Shown here one piece after another: positions 28,848 to 39,860 of a DNA stretch of 64,000 nucleotides. The notes beneath the pieces are model-generated. The model was not told where the DNA came from. It searched no databases and worked only from the letters and a program-made list of their open reading frames with translations. The stretch comes from Candidatus Bathyarchaeia archaeon (lineage in GTDB: Archaea; Thermoproteota; Bathyarchaeia; Bathyarchaeales; Bathycorpusculaceae), in contig JBEKHN010000001.1 in NCBI GenBank assembly GCA_050012255.1, forward strand, positions 224,001 to 288,000. Reading direction: 5' to 3'. Position 1 is the first letter of the stretch. Each line of letters starts with the position of its first letter. Made by a program: the position numbers and the translations under genes.

Positions 28848-29768
28848 TCACAATTCTTCTCGGTTGATCGTGCTCGTTTCATCTGCAGCCTTTTCGGAGA
28901 TGGATTTAAGATACTCTAAGCAACTGCTGTTCACCTTCTTGGGTTCTAAGAGTGCTATTTCTCTTAAATCGCATGTCTTTTCCAATCTGCGGATGAAAAC
29001 ATAACCTAGAAAATATCCTGTTTGCTTTTTTCCTTGGATGCTGAACCAGGAACCAAAAAAGTCTTTTACTGAAGCGTGTCTTTCCAGTCTTCTAAGAAAC
29101 TCGCTTGCCAGCCAGCCTTTATGCTGTTCGCACCATTGGAGCCATTGTTTGCCTGATTTCATGTGCCACGTCTCTTTTCCAAGAATCACATGCTCGCATC
29201 TCTGGGCGAATCCTTCACTGTACAGTTGGAACAAAGGGTCCTCCTCGGCTTTCTCGAAGGTTTTCCATTCTTCGCGCCATTTCATATGGGTGAGATGCCC
29301 CATTTCGTGGCACATCAGACCTTGAAGCTTGTTCTTTCTATGCCATTTCTCTTCTGCAATGTTTTCCAATCCCAAGAGGACAGAAGGCTGTTTGTCATAC
29401 GTGGTTGCCCATCCCGCACCGCATCCGATACCGACGTAGACGACGAAGGTTACATTGAAGTCTATTCCCAGCCTCTCTGTGGCCTTCAAGTACGTAGATT
29501 TACAGATTTGGACAATGTTGTCTCTTGCTTCCTGCATCAACGGGAGACGCTGTGGTACTAGTTGCAAGGTTTTCTTAGCATTCTCTTGCCAGTTGACGTT
29601 CGCTTCCTTACAGTTTTCAACCTGTTTTCTTAACAGTTCAGGATACTTCTTCAAGTAAGAGGTCTGCCACAGAGTCACCTGTTCATCGACTTTTTTGAAA
29701 CTTGAATCTGCCCAGTAAGCCAAGAAATCCGGGTACGTGTCTATCAGGTTGCAGCGTCGTTTGTTCAT
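28848..29768 (-). CDS. Putative zinc-dependent peptidase (DUF2268-like)
   Basis: HEMGH, YSEGFA and GYFLGY zincin-like motifs. Confidence 0.65.
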   Translation of the reverse strand: MNKRRCNLIDTYPDFLAYWADSSFKKVDEQVTLWQTSYLKKYPELLRKQVENCKEANVNWQENAKKTLQLVPQRLPLMQEARDNIVQICKSTYLKATERLGIDFNVTFVVYVGIGCGAGWATTYDKQPSVLLGLENIAEEKWHRKNKLQGLMCHEMGHLTHMKWREEWKTFEKAEEDPLFQLYSEGFAQRCEHVILGKETWHMKSGKQWLQWCEQHKGWLASEFLRRLERHASVKDFFGSWFSIQGKKQTGYFLGYVFIRRLEKTCDLREIALLEPKKVNSSCLEYLKSISEKAADETSTINREEL

Positions 29769-30250
29769 GTCTCATCAATATTTTCCTCTTCAAGATAAAA
29801 GCCTGATATTGTCCCCTTGGGAAGCTATGAAAAGCGACAGATGATGAGTTCTGTGCTGTGCTCAAGGCTGTGCAGTGATGAAGATACTCTGACCACGAAT
29901 ACCATTTTCAACCATTGCAGCAATGCTCATGCGCGCCGAAAAGTTTCTCCCAACAAACTGCTCAGACCTGCCATTCAAGATCGCACACCGAACCCAACAG
30001 ATCATATTTGGCTGCAGATGGAGGGGCCTACCACTGTTGCAAGACCCAAAACTCCACGAGACAGGACCGATGTTCAGGCTCATTGCATTTAACAACACAT
30101 TCAGCACTAAACATGCAGGCTGTTTCAGTTTATTCGACAGTCGGAATAGGTAAAGTTAAATTAGCCTTGTCATGTTTATGAGAGGTTGCTTCAGCAAATC
30201 CTTAATCATGGAGCACAGAACAACAGATCGATGCTTGGAGGAACAGTTGC

Positions 30251-30475
30251 GTGGGGAGTGTTCGAACCGAACAGATAAAGCGCACGGCCAAAGAACTGAT
30301 CAGGCGTTTCCCTGGCAAGTTTTCCCATGATTTCGAAAACAACAAGCATATGGTTGCGACTCTAGTGCAGGGAGGGACGCCGAAAGTGAGAAATCAGATC
30401 GCTGGGTACATAACGCGCTATTTCGCGTCTGAAGAAGCTGAGCTGCCCAGCGAAGTTGTAGAAGAAGCTGAGTAG
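30251..30475 (+). CDS. rps17e: 30S ribosomal protein S17e
   Basis: VRTEQIKRTAKEL, DFENNK and VRNQIAGYIT motifs. Confidence 0.95.
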   Translation: MGSVRTEQIKRTAKELIRRFPGKFSHDFENNKHMVATLVQGGTPKVRNQIAGYITRYFASEEAELPSEVVEEAE

Positions 30476-30506
30476 CTCTGTTAGGGGCGAGTTAACCTCA
30501 AAACTC

Positions 30507-30905
30507 GTGCAGAGACGAAGGAAATTGATGGACCAGTACAGAAAGGGTTGGGCGCTTCGATATCTGCGCGAAGCAAAGGCAGAGCTTGAAGCTGCGAGGA
30601 AAATGCCCTATATGGCTCCGAGCCTGGTTTTGGAGGCTGTTAGAAAAGCTCGAAACGCCATTTACTACAGCTTGGGGGAGCCTGCGTTCGTCGAAATCGT
30701 CGTGCGAGAGACTGCAGAAAAAGCGCTGCCTCAGATGATTAGCGATCCCGTCCTGAAGTGTCTAGTTGAAATCGAAGGAATCGTGTACCAGCTGTCGCAG
30801 CTTGAGGAAGTGGACGGCGAGAGAGCGATGAAGCAGGCAGACACTCTGATACAGTTAGCCTCAGACATCGTTGAAACTCTAACGGAAGAAAAAATAGAGG
30901 ATTGA
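30507..30905 (+). CDS. Helical (HEPN-like) conserved protein
   Basis: WALRYLREAKAEL..A helical-bundle pattern. Confidence 0.6.
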   Translation: MQRRRKLMDQYRKGWALRYLREAKAELEAARKMPYMAPSLVLEAVRKARNAIYYSLGEPAFVEIVVRETAEKALPQMISDPVLKCLVEIEGIVYQLSQLEEVDGERAMKQADTLIQLASDIVETLTEEKIED

Positions 30906-30911
30906 GGAAGC

Positions 30912-32084
30912 CTATTGCTTCTTCAGAGACTTCTCTATGCGGTCTAAGGCTTTCTTGATGTTTTCAATCGAGTTTGCAAAGGATATGCGCAGATAGCCCT
31001 CGCCGAACTTGCCGAAGGACGTTCCAGGCAACACTGCCACGCCTGCGTTGTAGAGCAGGTGATCCCCGAGCTTGCGACTGTCCATCCCGGTTCCCCTTAT
31101 GTTTGGAAACACGTAGAAAGCCCCGTGAGGCTTCTTGCAGGTCATGCCTTTTATGTCGTTCAGGCCCTTGACTATGACTTCTCTTCTCTTCTTGAACTCC
31201 TCGACCATTCTCTCCGGTTCTTTCTGAGATCCCGTTAAGGCTTCAACTCCCGCAAGCTGAGTGAACGTGGCAGTACATGAGTTTGAGTTAGTCATCAGCT
31301 GCGCGACTTTTTCAGCTAGGTCTTTTCTCATGACACCGTAGCCGAGTCTCCATCCCGTCATGGCATAAGTTTTTGAGAAACCGTCCAGCAAGATCGTCTT
31401 GTCCTTCATCCCTGAGAATTGGGTTATACTTTCATGTTTGCCCTCGTAGACTATCCTGCTGTAGATCTCATCTGAAAGCACAAAAACATCGTCTCTGTCT
31501 TTTATGCAGTCGGCAATGACCTTCAACTGCTCCTTCGTGACGACCCCACCGGTTGGGTTTTCTGGAGAGTTGAGGATTATCATTTTCGTCTTCTTCGTTA
31601 CCTGTTTCTTCACATATTCCGGGTCAAGGCCGAACTCGTTTTCCTCTTTGAGGGGTATGGGCACGGCTTTCGCGCCAACAAAGTTTATCATAGACTCGTA
31701 GATTGGGAAGCCCGGATTCGGGAACAGTACCTCGTCGCCGGGGTTTACCAGCGCCAGGATGCTGAAGAACATTATCGGCTTGCCGCCAGGCGTGACGACC
31801 ACTTCTTCTGGCTTGACTTCCAGTTTTCTGGTTTTGGAAATGTAGTCGGCAATGGCCTGTCTCAGTTCTGGGATACCTGCAGACGGTGTGTAGTGAGTGT
31901 AGCCTGCGCTGAGGGCTTTCGTCGCGGCGTCCTTGATGTTTTTCGGCGTGTCAAAGTCTGGTTCACCTATCTCCAAGTGCACGATGTCCTTTCCCTGCTT
32001 CTCAAGTGCCCTAGCCTTTGCAAGAACTTCGAACGCTGTTTCTGTTCCTAGAGTTTTCATCCTATCTGCGAAGATAGAGCTCAC
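30912..32084 (-). CDS. Class I/II PLP aminotransferase (aspartate aminotransferase-like)
   Basis: IGEPDFDTP, NSPENPTG, SDEIY and FSKTYAMTGWRLG motifs. Confidence 0.95.
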   Translation of the reverse strand: MSSIFADRMKTLGTETAFEVLAKARALEKQGKDIVHLEIGEPDFDTPKNIKDAATKALSAGYTHYTPSAGIPELRQAIADYISKTRKLEVKPEEVVVTPGGKPIMFFSILALVNPGDEVLFPNPGFPIYESMINFVGAKAVPIPLKEENEFGLDPEYVKKQVTKKTKMIILNSPENPTGGVVTKEQLKVIADCIKDRDDVFVLSDEIYSRIVYEGKHESITQFSGMKDKTILLDGFSKTYAMTGWRLGYGVMRKDLAEKVAQLMTNSNSCTATFTQLAGVEALTGSQKEPERMVEEFKKRREVIVKGLNDIKGMTCKKPHGAFYVFPNIRGTGMDSRKLGDHLLYNAGVAVLPGTSFGKFGEGYLRISFANSIENIKKALDRIEKSLKKQ

Positions 32085-32279
32085 TCAAATCACCTAGTTT
32101 TGAGAGGAAATTAGACGTAGAAGAGGATGAGTATTTAACCATTTTACTCTCCCTGCTTCAAATTCATGATCCGACCCTGCATCATAGCTTCGAAAAACCG
32201 ATGAAAACATCAGAGAAAGGTGTGGAAAAGGGTTGATTTGAGCTATTGCTGACCCTATTTGCTGCGATGCCTAGAACTG

Positions 32280-33272
32280 TCATGTCAGTGGCCGAGTTTT
32301 CATTACGTCTGGGTTGATCAGGTTCGGTGGTTTCTTTCCATCGAAGAACGCAACTAGGTTTTCTGCGACCATCTCGGCCATTTTGGAGCGGGTTTCGAGG
32401 CTTGCGCTTGATATGTGTGGGGCTACGACGACGTTGTCGAGCTTGAGCAACGGGCTGTCGACCGGTATGGGTTCCTGTTCGAAAACGTCCAGTGCTGCGC
32501 CGGCAATCCAACCCTCTTTTAATGCTTTGTACAATGCTTTCTCGTCTACGACGGGCCCTCGTGAATTGTTTATCAGATAAGCTGTTTTCTTCATCAGTCT
32601 GAGCTTCTGCTCGTTTATCAGATGATGCGTCTCTTTCATCAGCGGGACATGGATGCTGACAAAGTCCGACTGTTTCAGCAGTGTGTCGAGGTCGGCTTTC
32701 TTCGCTCCAAGCTTCTCTATCTCTGGTCTTGGCACAACATCGTAGAACAGGATTTTCATGTCGAATCCTGTTGCTCGTTTGGCCACAGCGTAGCCGATTC
32801 TTCCCGCGCCCACAACGCCGATGGTTGCGCCGTAGACATCTCTGCCCGCCATCATGTTGGGGTGCCATCCGACCTTCCATTGCCCAGTGCGAACGTACTT
32901 GTCTGCTTCAGCCACTCTTCTGGCAACCGCTAGTAGCAAGGCCCAAGCGAAGTCTGCAGTTGTGTCGGTTAGGACTTCCGGCGTGTTCGTTACGTAAATT
33001 CCTCTTTTCGTAGCTTCAGGGACGTCTATGTTGTCAAAGCCCACGGCTAATTGAGAAACGATCTTTAGTTTTGGTGCCGCATCAAAGACTTCACCGTCTA
33101 TCTTATCAGACAAAAGCGTGGCAAGTGCGTCCACGTTTCTTGCTTTCTCTATTATTGTTTTTTTCGGTGGTGGAGCGTACTCAGGCCAGACTTCGGTGTC
33201 GAAGTGCTGCCTTATTATTTTCAGGCCTCTTTCACCGATATCTCGGGTAACGTAAATCTTCGGTTTTGCCAT
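32280..33272 (-). CDS. gyaR: Glyoxylate reductase / D-2-hydroxyacid dehydrogenase
   Basis: AVGFDNID, GAGRIG, NNSRGPVVD, LDVFEQEP and PHISSA motifs. Confidence 0.9.
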   Translation of the reverse strand: MAKPKIYVTRDIGERGLKIIRQHFDTEVWPEYAPPPKKTIIEKARNVDALATLLSDKIDGEVFDAAPKLKIVSQLAVGFDNIDVPEATKRGIYVTNTPEVLTDTTADFAWALLLAVARRVAEADKYVRTGQWKVGWHPNMMAGRDVYGATIGVVGAGRIGYAVAKRATGFDMKILFYDVVPRPEIEKLGAKKADLDTLLKQSDFVSIHVPLMKETHHLINEQKLRLMKKTAYLINNSRGPVVDEKALYKALKEGWIAGAALDVFEQEPIPVDSPLLKLDNVVVAPHISSASLETRSKMAEMVAENLVAFFDGKKPPNLINPDVMKTRPLT

Positions 33273-33368
33273 GTAATTCACCGTGCAAATGTTTGCGCAA
33301 TTCTTTATTAGAGTTGACTTATTACACTTACGCAATCGTCTTTGAGGAAGGTCCGAGGAACTGCAGAG

Positions 33369-34745
33369 ATGGTGACAATAAGGAATAAGGAACAGTTGGT
33401 CAAAAACGGCGAGACCGAGCTTGTCAGAAGAGCGAGGGAGCTTGCCCTCGGAAGCCTCGAAGCTGCGCTGAACGCGGTCGACCCCAAAAAGATAATAGAA
33501 TCAAAAGTAGTCCTGAAAGATTGCACTCTGAAAGTTGATGACTATTCCTTTGACGTGAGAGAGTTCAAGAACATCTACGTCATAGGCGGCGGAAAAGCGA
33601 GTGGATCCATGGCAGAAGCCTTGGAGCAGGTTCTGGACGCGCGCATAACGGATGGGCTTGTGAACGTTCTCCATGAAAGCAGAAACAAGACTAGAATCAT
33701 AAAGCTTCACGGAGCAAATCACCCTGTTCCAGACGAGGCTGGAGTCGAAGGAACACGCAGGATGCTTGAGATAGCCGAAGGCGCAACCGCTGACGACCTG
33801 ATCATATGCCTGATCTCAGGCGGAGGCTCAAGCCTGATGCCTCTGCCAAGGGGAGACGTCACGCTTGCGGACAAGAGACAGGTAACAGATGCACTGCTCA
33901 AGAGCGGCGCCACAATAAACGAGGTCAACACGGTCCGAAAACACATTTCAGACTTCAAGGGTGGTTGGCTTGCGAAGAAAGCCTACCCAGCTACGATTTT
34001 GAATCTGATCCTTTCCGACGTCATAGGTGATCCGTTGGATTTCATCGCTTCAGGCCCGACTGTTCCAGACTCCACAACGTTCAGCGAGGCCATAGGAGTT
34101 CTGAAGAAGTACGATCTGTGGGCGGAGGCTCCGTCATCTATAAGGAGGCTCTTGTCTGAGGGGGAGAAGGGTCTAGCTCTTGAAACGCCAAAAGCCGGAG
34201 ATGAGGCTTTCAAGAAGGTTTACAGTTTTGTCGTTGGGAACAACCGGTTCGCAACTCAAGCGGCCTGCGGAGGTTTGAAGTCTGCCGGTTTGAACACGTT
34301 GATGCTAACTGCCATGCTGGAGGGGGAAGCCAGACAAGTAGGAATCGTGCTGGCTTCGATCGTACGTGAAGCTTCGGTTTCTGGAAACCCTGTTCCAAGG
34401 CCAGCGGGCATAGTTGCAGGAGGAGAAACAACCGTGTCTGTGGTTGGGAAGGGCATGGGAGGAAGAAACCAGGAGATTGCCTTAGCAGCCGCAATGAAGC
34501 TTGAAGGTCTGGACGGTGTGGCTGTGGCTTCCTTGAGCACGGACGGCGTCGACGGCCCGACGGATGCTGCCGGAGCAGTCGTCGACGGGCAATCGCTGGC
34601 CAGGGCAAAGAAGATCGGCCTAGCTCCTGAGAAGTTCTTGGCTGACAATGATTCGTACCACCTCTTTTCCAGGCTCGGCGACCTCATCTTCACAGGGCCC
34701 ACGGGCACAAACGTGAACGATGTTTCGGTAATGGTCATTCTGTAA
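33369..34745 (+). CDS. Glycerate 2-kinase (MOFRL family)
   Basis: GGGKA, HPVPD, ISGGGS, IASGPT, GGETTV, GGRNQE and TGTNVND motifs. Confidence 0.94.
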   Translation: MVTIRNKEQLVKNGETELVRRARELALGSLEAALNAVDPKKIIESKVVLKDCTLKVDDYSFDVREFKNIYVIGGGKASGSMAEALEQVLDARITDGLVNVLHESRNKTRIIKLHGANHPVPDEAGVEGTRRMLEIAEGATADDLIICLISGGGSSLMPLPRGDVTLADKRQVTDALLKSGATINEVNTVRKHISDFKGGWLAKKAYPATILNLILSDVIGDPLDFIASGPTVPDSTTFSEAIGVLKKYDLWAEAPSSIRRLLSEGEKGLALETPKAGDEAFKKVYSFVVGNNRFATQAACGGLKSAGLNTLMLTAMLEGEARQVGIVLASIVREASVSGNPVPRPAGIVAGGETTVSVVGKGMGGRNQEIALAAAMKLEGLDGVAVASLSTDGVDGPTDAAGAVVDGQSLARAKKIGLAPEKFLADNDSYHLFSRLGDLIFTGPTGTNVNDVSVMVIL

Positions 34746-34761
34746 GACGGGAAGGAAAGCT

Positions 34762-35049
34762 GTGATGATTGTAAGCGTGAAGTTCGTCGGATCTTTTCGA
34801 GGCATCTCAGGCAAAGACAAGCTAACACTCAAGTTTGGACGGCCCGTTTCGCTTACGGCCCTCGTGAAGAAGACTGTTGAACAGCTGCCTAAACTCAAAT
34901 CTTCTCTGATCGACCCCGAGTCCGGAGAGCCTAGAAGGAGCATGCTGGTGCTCGTGAACGGAAAGGAAATCAGTGTTTTGAACGGTTTGGAGACGCGCGT
35001 GAATGATGAGGATGAAGTGATTTTTGTTCCCGTCGTGCACGGAGGTTGA
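34762..35049 (+). CDS. MoaD/ThiS/SAMP ubiquitin-like protein
   Basis: Beta-grasp pattern, LVNG and C-terminal VHGG. Confidence 0.9.
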   Translation: MMIVSVKFVGSFRGISGKDKLTLKFGRPVSLTALVKKTVEQLPKLKSSLIDPESGEPRRSMLVLVNGKEISVLNGLETRVNDEDEVIFVPVVHGG

Positions 35050-35055
35050 GCTCGC

Positions 35056-35844
35056 TTGAGGCTCATTGCCGTCAAGACACGTGTCGTTAAGACTGGAGAT
35101 GACTTGGTCGAGTTGGTTCTCAGGTCTTTGAAGGCTAAAGGCTTGCAGCTGGAAGATAACGATGTGTTGGCGTTGACTTCGAAGGTTGTGTCCTGTTCAG
35201 AAGGACGCGTAGTTAAGCTAAGTGAGGTGAAACCCTCGGAAGAGGCCAAGAGACTGGCAAAGGAATACTCGTTGAAGCCAGAATTTGCCGAGCTGATCCT
35301 GCGAGAAGCAGACAGGATCTGCGGAGGAGTTGAGAAAGCCGTTTTGACGCTCAAGAACGGAGTCATGGCTGCCAACGCGGGCATAGACAACAAGAACGCG
35401 CCCTCTGATTACGCTGTCCTGTGGCCCAAGAACCCTGCGGCTTCTGCAAGAGAGGTCAAGGACCGAATCAAACGCAGAACTGGCAAAGATGTCGCCGTTA
35501 TGATAGTTGACAGCGGTCTGGTTCCTCTCAGAATCGGAACGACCGGCTTGGCCTTGGCAGTTGCAGGGTTTAAACCCATAAGGGACAACAGAGGCTGCAA
35601 GGACCTCTTCGGAAAGTCCATCGTGATCACGCGACAGGCAGTTGCGGATGATCTGGCGTCAGCAGCCCACTTGCTGATGGGCGAGGCGACTGAGAAAACT
35701 CCCCTAGTGCTGATCAAGGGTGCTCCTGTGGATTTTGATGATGGCGTTTACGGTTCCGCTGACATGATGATGCCCTTCAAAGAATGCATATTCATGAACA
35801 CCTTGGGAACGCAATCAAGCGTAAAGAGAAAGGCCAGAGCATGA
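35056..35844 (+). CDS. cofE: Coenzyme F420-0:L-glutamate ligase
   Basis: TSKVVS..EG, ANAGID, VDS, ADDLASAA.LLMGE motifs. Confidence 0.88.
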   Translation: MRLIAVKTRVVKTGDDLVELVLRSLKAKGLQLEDNDVLALTSKVVSCSEGRVVKLSEVKPSEEAKRLAKEYSLKPEFAELILREADRICGGVEKAVLTLKNGVMAANAGIDNKNAPSDYAVLWPKNPAASAREVKDRIKRRTGKDVAVMIVDSGLVPLRIGTTGLALAVAGFKPIRDNRGCKDLFGKSIVITRQAVADDLASAAHLLMGEATEKTPLVLIKGAPVDFDDGVYGSADMMMPFKECIFMNTLGTQSSVKRKARA

Positions 35845-36674
35845 TCGTTGCCCTTCATGAGGCTCCGAAAGGGTTTTTCAAAACAAGCCCGCCGCACGGC
35901 AACGACGAACTCTTGAGGCTTGTGCGGAAAACAGCTGTGCTAGGTTTCAGGGCTCTCGAGGTCGGCCCGCTTGCCGACTATGCGTCGATCAATGGTGGAC
36001 TTTTGAAACAGGTCCTTGACGAGCTGGACATGAGGAGAAGTATGCATGTTGGAGGGCTGTTCGACGCTTCGAAGTTCGCTTCGTCCGAAGCAGAGTATAA
36101 TAGAATGATACAGCAGGTGCGCCGTGGAGTTACGTTGGGCAGTGAGATAGGTGCGACTTTGGTGTCAGTTCATCCGCCGTTTTTTTCGATGGGAGACGAA
36201 TCGGCCGAGTTGTGGTTGGAGGCGAGGGCACGTTTCCTGAGACTGTTGAAGGAGCAGGTGGATTTTGCACGTAGCAAAAACATCAAGCTGGCTTTGGAAT
36301 CATTCTGCTACAGGCCTTTCATCTTTGAAGGCTTGACTGATTTTGTTCGGTTTGTTTCGGATTTTCCGTCGGAAGGGCTCGGCGTTCTCTTAGAAGCTGG
36401 TCACTTGCACCAAGTGGATATCAGTCTTTCCGAAGCGGTTCACATGTTTAAAGGCAGACTTGTGGATGTTCACGTTCATGATGCTACGTTGGAGAAGGAT
36501 TACCGAAAAGCGACTCATCTTGCACTCGGAAAGGACAATATAGATTTTCGAAGTCTTGTCAAGTGCTTGCGAGAGGTTCATTATGATGGCTGGCTCACGT
36601 TGGAAATTCGGGCAGGTGAGAAGGAGATCGAGGAAAGCAGGAAGTATCTGGAAGGCTTACTCGCCGAGACGTGA
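35841..36674 (+). CDS. Sugar phosphate isomerase/epimerase (TIM barrel)
   Basis: LALES, AGH, HVHD, HLALG and LTLE metal-binding pattern. Confidence 0.8.
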   Translation: MIVALHEAPKGFFKTSPPHGNDELLRLVRKTAVLGFRALEVGPLADYASINGGLLKQVLDELDMRRSMHVGGLFDASKFASSEAEYNRMIQQVRRGVTLGSEIGATLVSVHPPFFSMGDESAELWLEARARFLRLLKEQVDFARSKNIKLALESFCYRPFIFEGLTDFVRFVSDFPSEGLGVLLEAGHLHQVDISLSEAVHMFKGRLVDVHVHDATLEKDYRKATHLALGKDNIDFRSLVKCLREVHYDGWLTLEIRAGEKEIEESRKYLEGLLAET

Positions 36675-36986
36675 GCTTGTGGAGCATAATCTAGTTCTTG
36701 TTTCGCTTTTTGCCACAGATACAACATTCCCTCTTTCGCGTTTTGCCTCGTCTAACACGTCTACCCCTTCCCCCTCGTTTTTTTCTCTAGACGGTACTGT
36801 TGATGTAGCCCTTTGGTGGAAGCTGGCGGGGGCTTTTCGCTGATCGGGACGCTTTCTTAACATAGAGTTCAGAACGCGCTCTCTCGATCGAATAGCCTGG
36901 TCCCCTTGCACGAGCCACGTGCGAATCATGCGTAAAGCCTTTTATGAAGTATGAATTATGTGAAATATGCAAAAAGTGGAATAGCT

Positions 36987-37217
36987 ATGAGTGCACGTGA
37001 CGAAGGTATGTCTGTTTATGGGACGGTGAAAGTCGGCGACCGAGGCCAAGTCGTCATTCCCGTCAAGGCTCGAAAAGACTTCAACATAAAGCCAGGAGAC
37101 CTGTTGCTCGTGGTGGCGGGCAAGAAGAGGCGCGGCATCGCGATGGTCAAGGCAGATGCGATGAGGGAGTTCGCGTCAAGAGTCCTGAAAGGTCTAGAGC
37201 AGACCGCAGACGAGTAA
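36987..37217 (+). CDS. AbrB/MazE/SpoVT DNA-binding protein
   Basis: VKVGDRGQVVIPVKARKDFNIKPGD. Confidence 0.9.
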   Translation: MSARDEGMSVYGTVKVGDRGQVVIPVKARKDFNIKPGDLLLVVAGKKRRGIAMVKADAMREFASRVLKGLEQTADE

Positions 37218-37247
37218 CGAGCACGGTGTCCACGGGGTTGGAATGTC

Positions 37248-37712
37248 ATGTTCGAAAGGCGTGAACGGATCGAAAGATGGTTCCACGATGTCGTCGAGAA
37301 GTTTCGCCAGAAGGGAGCGATCAGTCCTGACAAGGCGATGACGGCTGAGGAGCTCGGTCTTCCGCCGAGGTTCGAAGAGGCGATGAAGAGGCGTCTCGGT
37401 CGCTTAGGCGTCTTCGTGGAAGTGAACGGCAAGTACTATCTTTCAGAAGAAAGGTTAAAGCAAGTAGAAGAACTGCGATCTGCGCGAGGCGGGGCATGGA
37501 ATCCAAGAAACAGAATCATAACGCTAAGACTAGTTCAGTTGGTCACTATTGCTCTCTTCGTTACTCTTTTCCTTGTGAACCTCTTCGTTCAGAGTTGGGA
37601 GCTGAGAATAGTATCCGCCGTCCTTTTGGTTGTTTGGCTAGTGATAGCCATGCTGCAGATATACTTTCTGTCACGGGTCCGAAAGAGATACTCTTCTCAG
37701 CAGGTCAGCTAG
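37248..37712 (+). CDS. Membrane protein with N-terminal winged-helix-like domain
   Basis: Soluble N-terminus and two C-terminal TM helices. Confidence 0.7.
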   Translation: MFERRERIERWFHDVVEKFRQKGAISPDKAMTAEELGLPPRFEEAMKRRLGRLGVFVEVNGKYYLSEERLKQVEELRSARGGAWNPRNRIITLRLVQLVTIALFVTLFLVNLFVQSWELRIVSAVLLVVWLVIAMLQIYFLSRVRKRYSSQQVS

Positions 37713-37846
37713 GCACGGACGGCTATGTGTGCCTCGCCCGTCGACGGAAGTCGCGACATTCAACGGCACTCTCGTCTCTGTCTGGAGCATAGAATCCGTC
37801 ACTTATGACGAAGCATCTGCCACTTTGAACCTCTTGCAGCAGCTGT

Positions 37847-38563
37847 TCAACGCTTCCGTGGACCGGGCCAGAGATTGGTTGATTTCAGAACTTTTGACAA
37901 CGAAGCTCCGATGGACATCGCACCTAATGCGATGACAATTCGCTCTACAGGATAAAGAACCGTGAGTGTTTGCCAAGTCGGCAACAGAGTTGTCGCATTC
38001 GGTGTCAAGGCTTCGAAGATTAATGACCCGGCAATCTGACCTGCGAGCGTGGACGTCAGACAAGTGATGAAAAATCCGAGGAGCAGTTTCAGGTTGCTTC
38101 CAGATTCTAGAGACCTTGCAGCCGCGGACTGCAGGGGCGAGACCAGAATGATGAGACCCGCTATCTGGAACCACAGTTCTAAGGGGAACAGCCATGCAGG
38201 TCCGACAATTGGATAGAACGCAAAAAGCAGTAGCAGAGAAAGGTAGGCTAGTATGCTGATTATTCTTTTTCCACTTTTGACCATTCCGGCACAGAATGCT
38301 GCAGCAACGCCTGAGGCGAAGCTCAGGTAGGAGAGGGCGCCCAGAAAAAACCCGATCGTTCCCCCCAGAAACGCGGATAGAGTTCCTATGTAGGGGCCGA
38401 GCAGTATTCCAATGATCGGCGCTATGATCGCAGCAGCAGTGATTGCTTGCCCTGGTAGGCCGATTATCGGAGAGATCTTTATGAATCCGAAAACAGCGTA
38501 CAAAGCCGTGAAAGTCACCGTCAACGCAGTGTCCTTGGTCGTCAGTTTTCCGTAGTGCTTCAT
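37847..38563 (-). CDS. ECF transporter S-component-like membrane protein
   Basis: Multi-TM protein; F.ALYAV and GILLGPY.G pattern. Confidence 0.7.
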   Translation of the reverse strand: MKHYGKLTTKDTALTVTFTALYAVFGFIKISPIIGLPGQAITAAAIIAPIIGILLGPYIGTLSAFLGGTIGFFLGALSYLSFASGVAAAFCAGMVKSGKRIISILAYLSLLLLFAFYPIVGPAWLFPLELWFQIAGLIILVSPLQSAAARSLESGSNLKLLLGFFITCLTSTLAGQIAGSLIFEALTPNATTLLPTWQTLTVLYPVERIVIALGAMSIGASLSKVLKSTNLWPGPRKR

Positions 38564-38629
38564 TCTTGCAGTCCTTCGGTGCTTACGCGTGGAAACTTAA
38601 TTATTGGGTGTTGTTTATAAAAGAATGAC

Positions 38630-39424
38630 ATGGCTCGGCGCATAATCACTCTGACGACTGATTTTGGCTTGAAGGACCCATATGTGGCAGAGATGAAAGC
38701 TGTGATTCTGAACATATGCCTCGGCGCCATGATCGTGGACGTATCTCATCAGGTCGAAAAATTCAACGTAAGGATGGGGGCATACATCTTAGCGTCAGCA
38801 GCTCCGTATTTTCCAGAAGGCACCATCAACGTTGCGGTTGTCGACCCTGGAGTTGGAACCAAGAGGCGTCCGCTGTGTATACGAACGAGACACGGTTATT
38901 TCATTGGGCCAGACAACGGAGTGCTTGTTCTGGCGGCGAAAGCCCAGGGAATAGAGCACGTTTACGAGTTAACGAACTCAAGGTTCATGATGCCAAACGT
39001 CTCCGACACGTTTCATGGACGGGACATCTTCTCGCCAGCAGCAGCCCACCTAGCAAACGGAAAACCCCCGTCAGACTTTGGGCGAGAAACAAGAAAGATG
39101 ACAGCCCCTGAATTTACGAAAGTCGTCAGGAGGAAGGCAGGGCTTGTTGGTGAGGTGATTCACGTGGACGACTTTGGAAACATAATAACAAACATTGGAG
39201 AAAAAGAGCTTGCGCCGATGCGAACTATAAAGGCTGTGAAGGTCAAGGTGAAAAACACTTGGTTTACATTGAGGTTCTGCAGGGCCTACGGGGAAGTTGA
39301 GGCGCAGGAACCGCTAGCACTGATTGGAAGTCACAATTTCCTTGAACTCTCAATAAACCAAGGCAACGCATCAAAAGCGTTCAAGGTAAAGAACGGAGAC
39401 AAGGTCCTCCTTCATCGATCTTAG
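38630..39424 (+). CDS. SAM hydroxide adenosyltransferase (DUF62)
   Basis: TTDFG, VVDPGVG, GPDNG, TFHGRD and DDFGN motifs. Confidence 0.93.
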   Translation: MARRIITLTTDFGLKDPYVAEMKAVILNICLGAMIVDVSHQVEKFNVRMGAYILASAAPYFPEGTINVAVVDPGVGTKRRPLCIRTRHGYFIGPDNGVLVLAAKAQGIEHVYELTNSRFMMPNVSDTFHGRDIFSPAAAHLANGKPPSDFGRETRKMTAPEFTKVVRRKAGLVGEVIHVDDFGNIITNIGEKELAPMRTIKAVKVKVKNTWFTLRFCRAYGEVEAQEPLALIGSHNFLELSINQGNASKAFKVKNGDKVLLHRS

Positions 39425-39860
39425 CCTCGGCCATCAGTCCAGACGGTCGTTCTATATGTCGGTTTCTTGAATATGAGTGCCCGCTACCTATTTCAAGCGT
39501 GGAAATCCTGCTTTTAGGCTGAGATGAGAACGTATTCTTGACCAGAAATGTTCGAGGAAATATTCGTCAACGCTACCCAGACGTTGATACTTCTCTTTCT
39601 GTCTCAATTGTCTGTGATCGTAATCGCAGGCGCGATCTGGGCGGGGAGAAGGCAGTGAGGCTTTTCAGAAATCGAGGAAAGGCTGTAAGAAAATGGCGCA
39701 TGAGAGCGCTTTTTGTTGATCTTCACAAGACGAGGATAACGATTTGGACGCCTCTAGGAAAGCATTTACCTCCTTGGATTTTTAAACGGTCGACACCTTG
39801 CGAGAAGGAGAGCAATCATTCATAATCTGTGAGTGTGCAAGGTCTCTTTATCGAATGCCG

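Noticed and set aside
36680-36950. Possible ncRNA in the intergenic region before the AbrB gene
   Set aside because: No SRP, RNase P or other recognisable signature found by eye.
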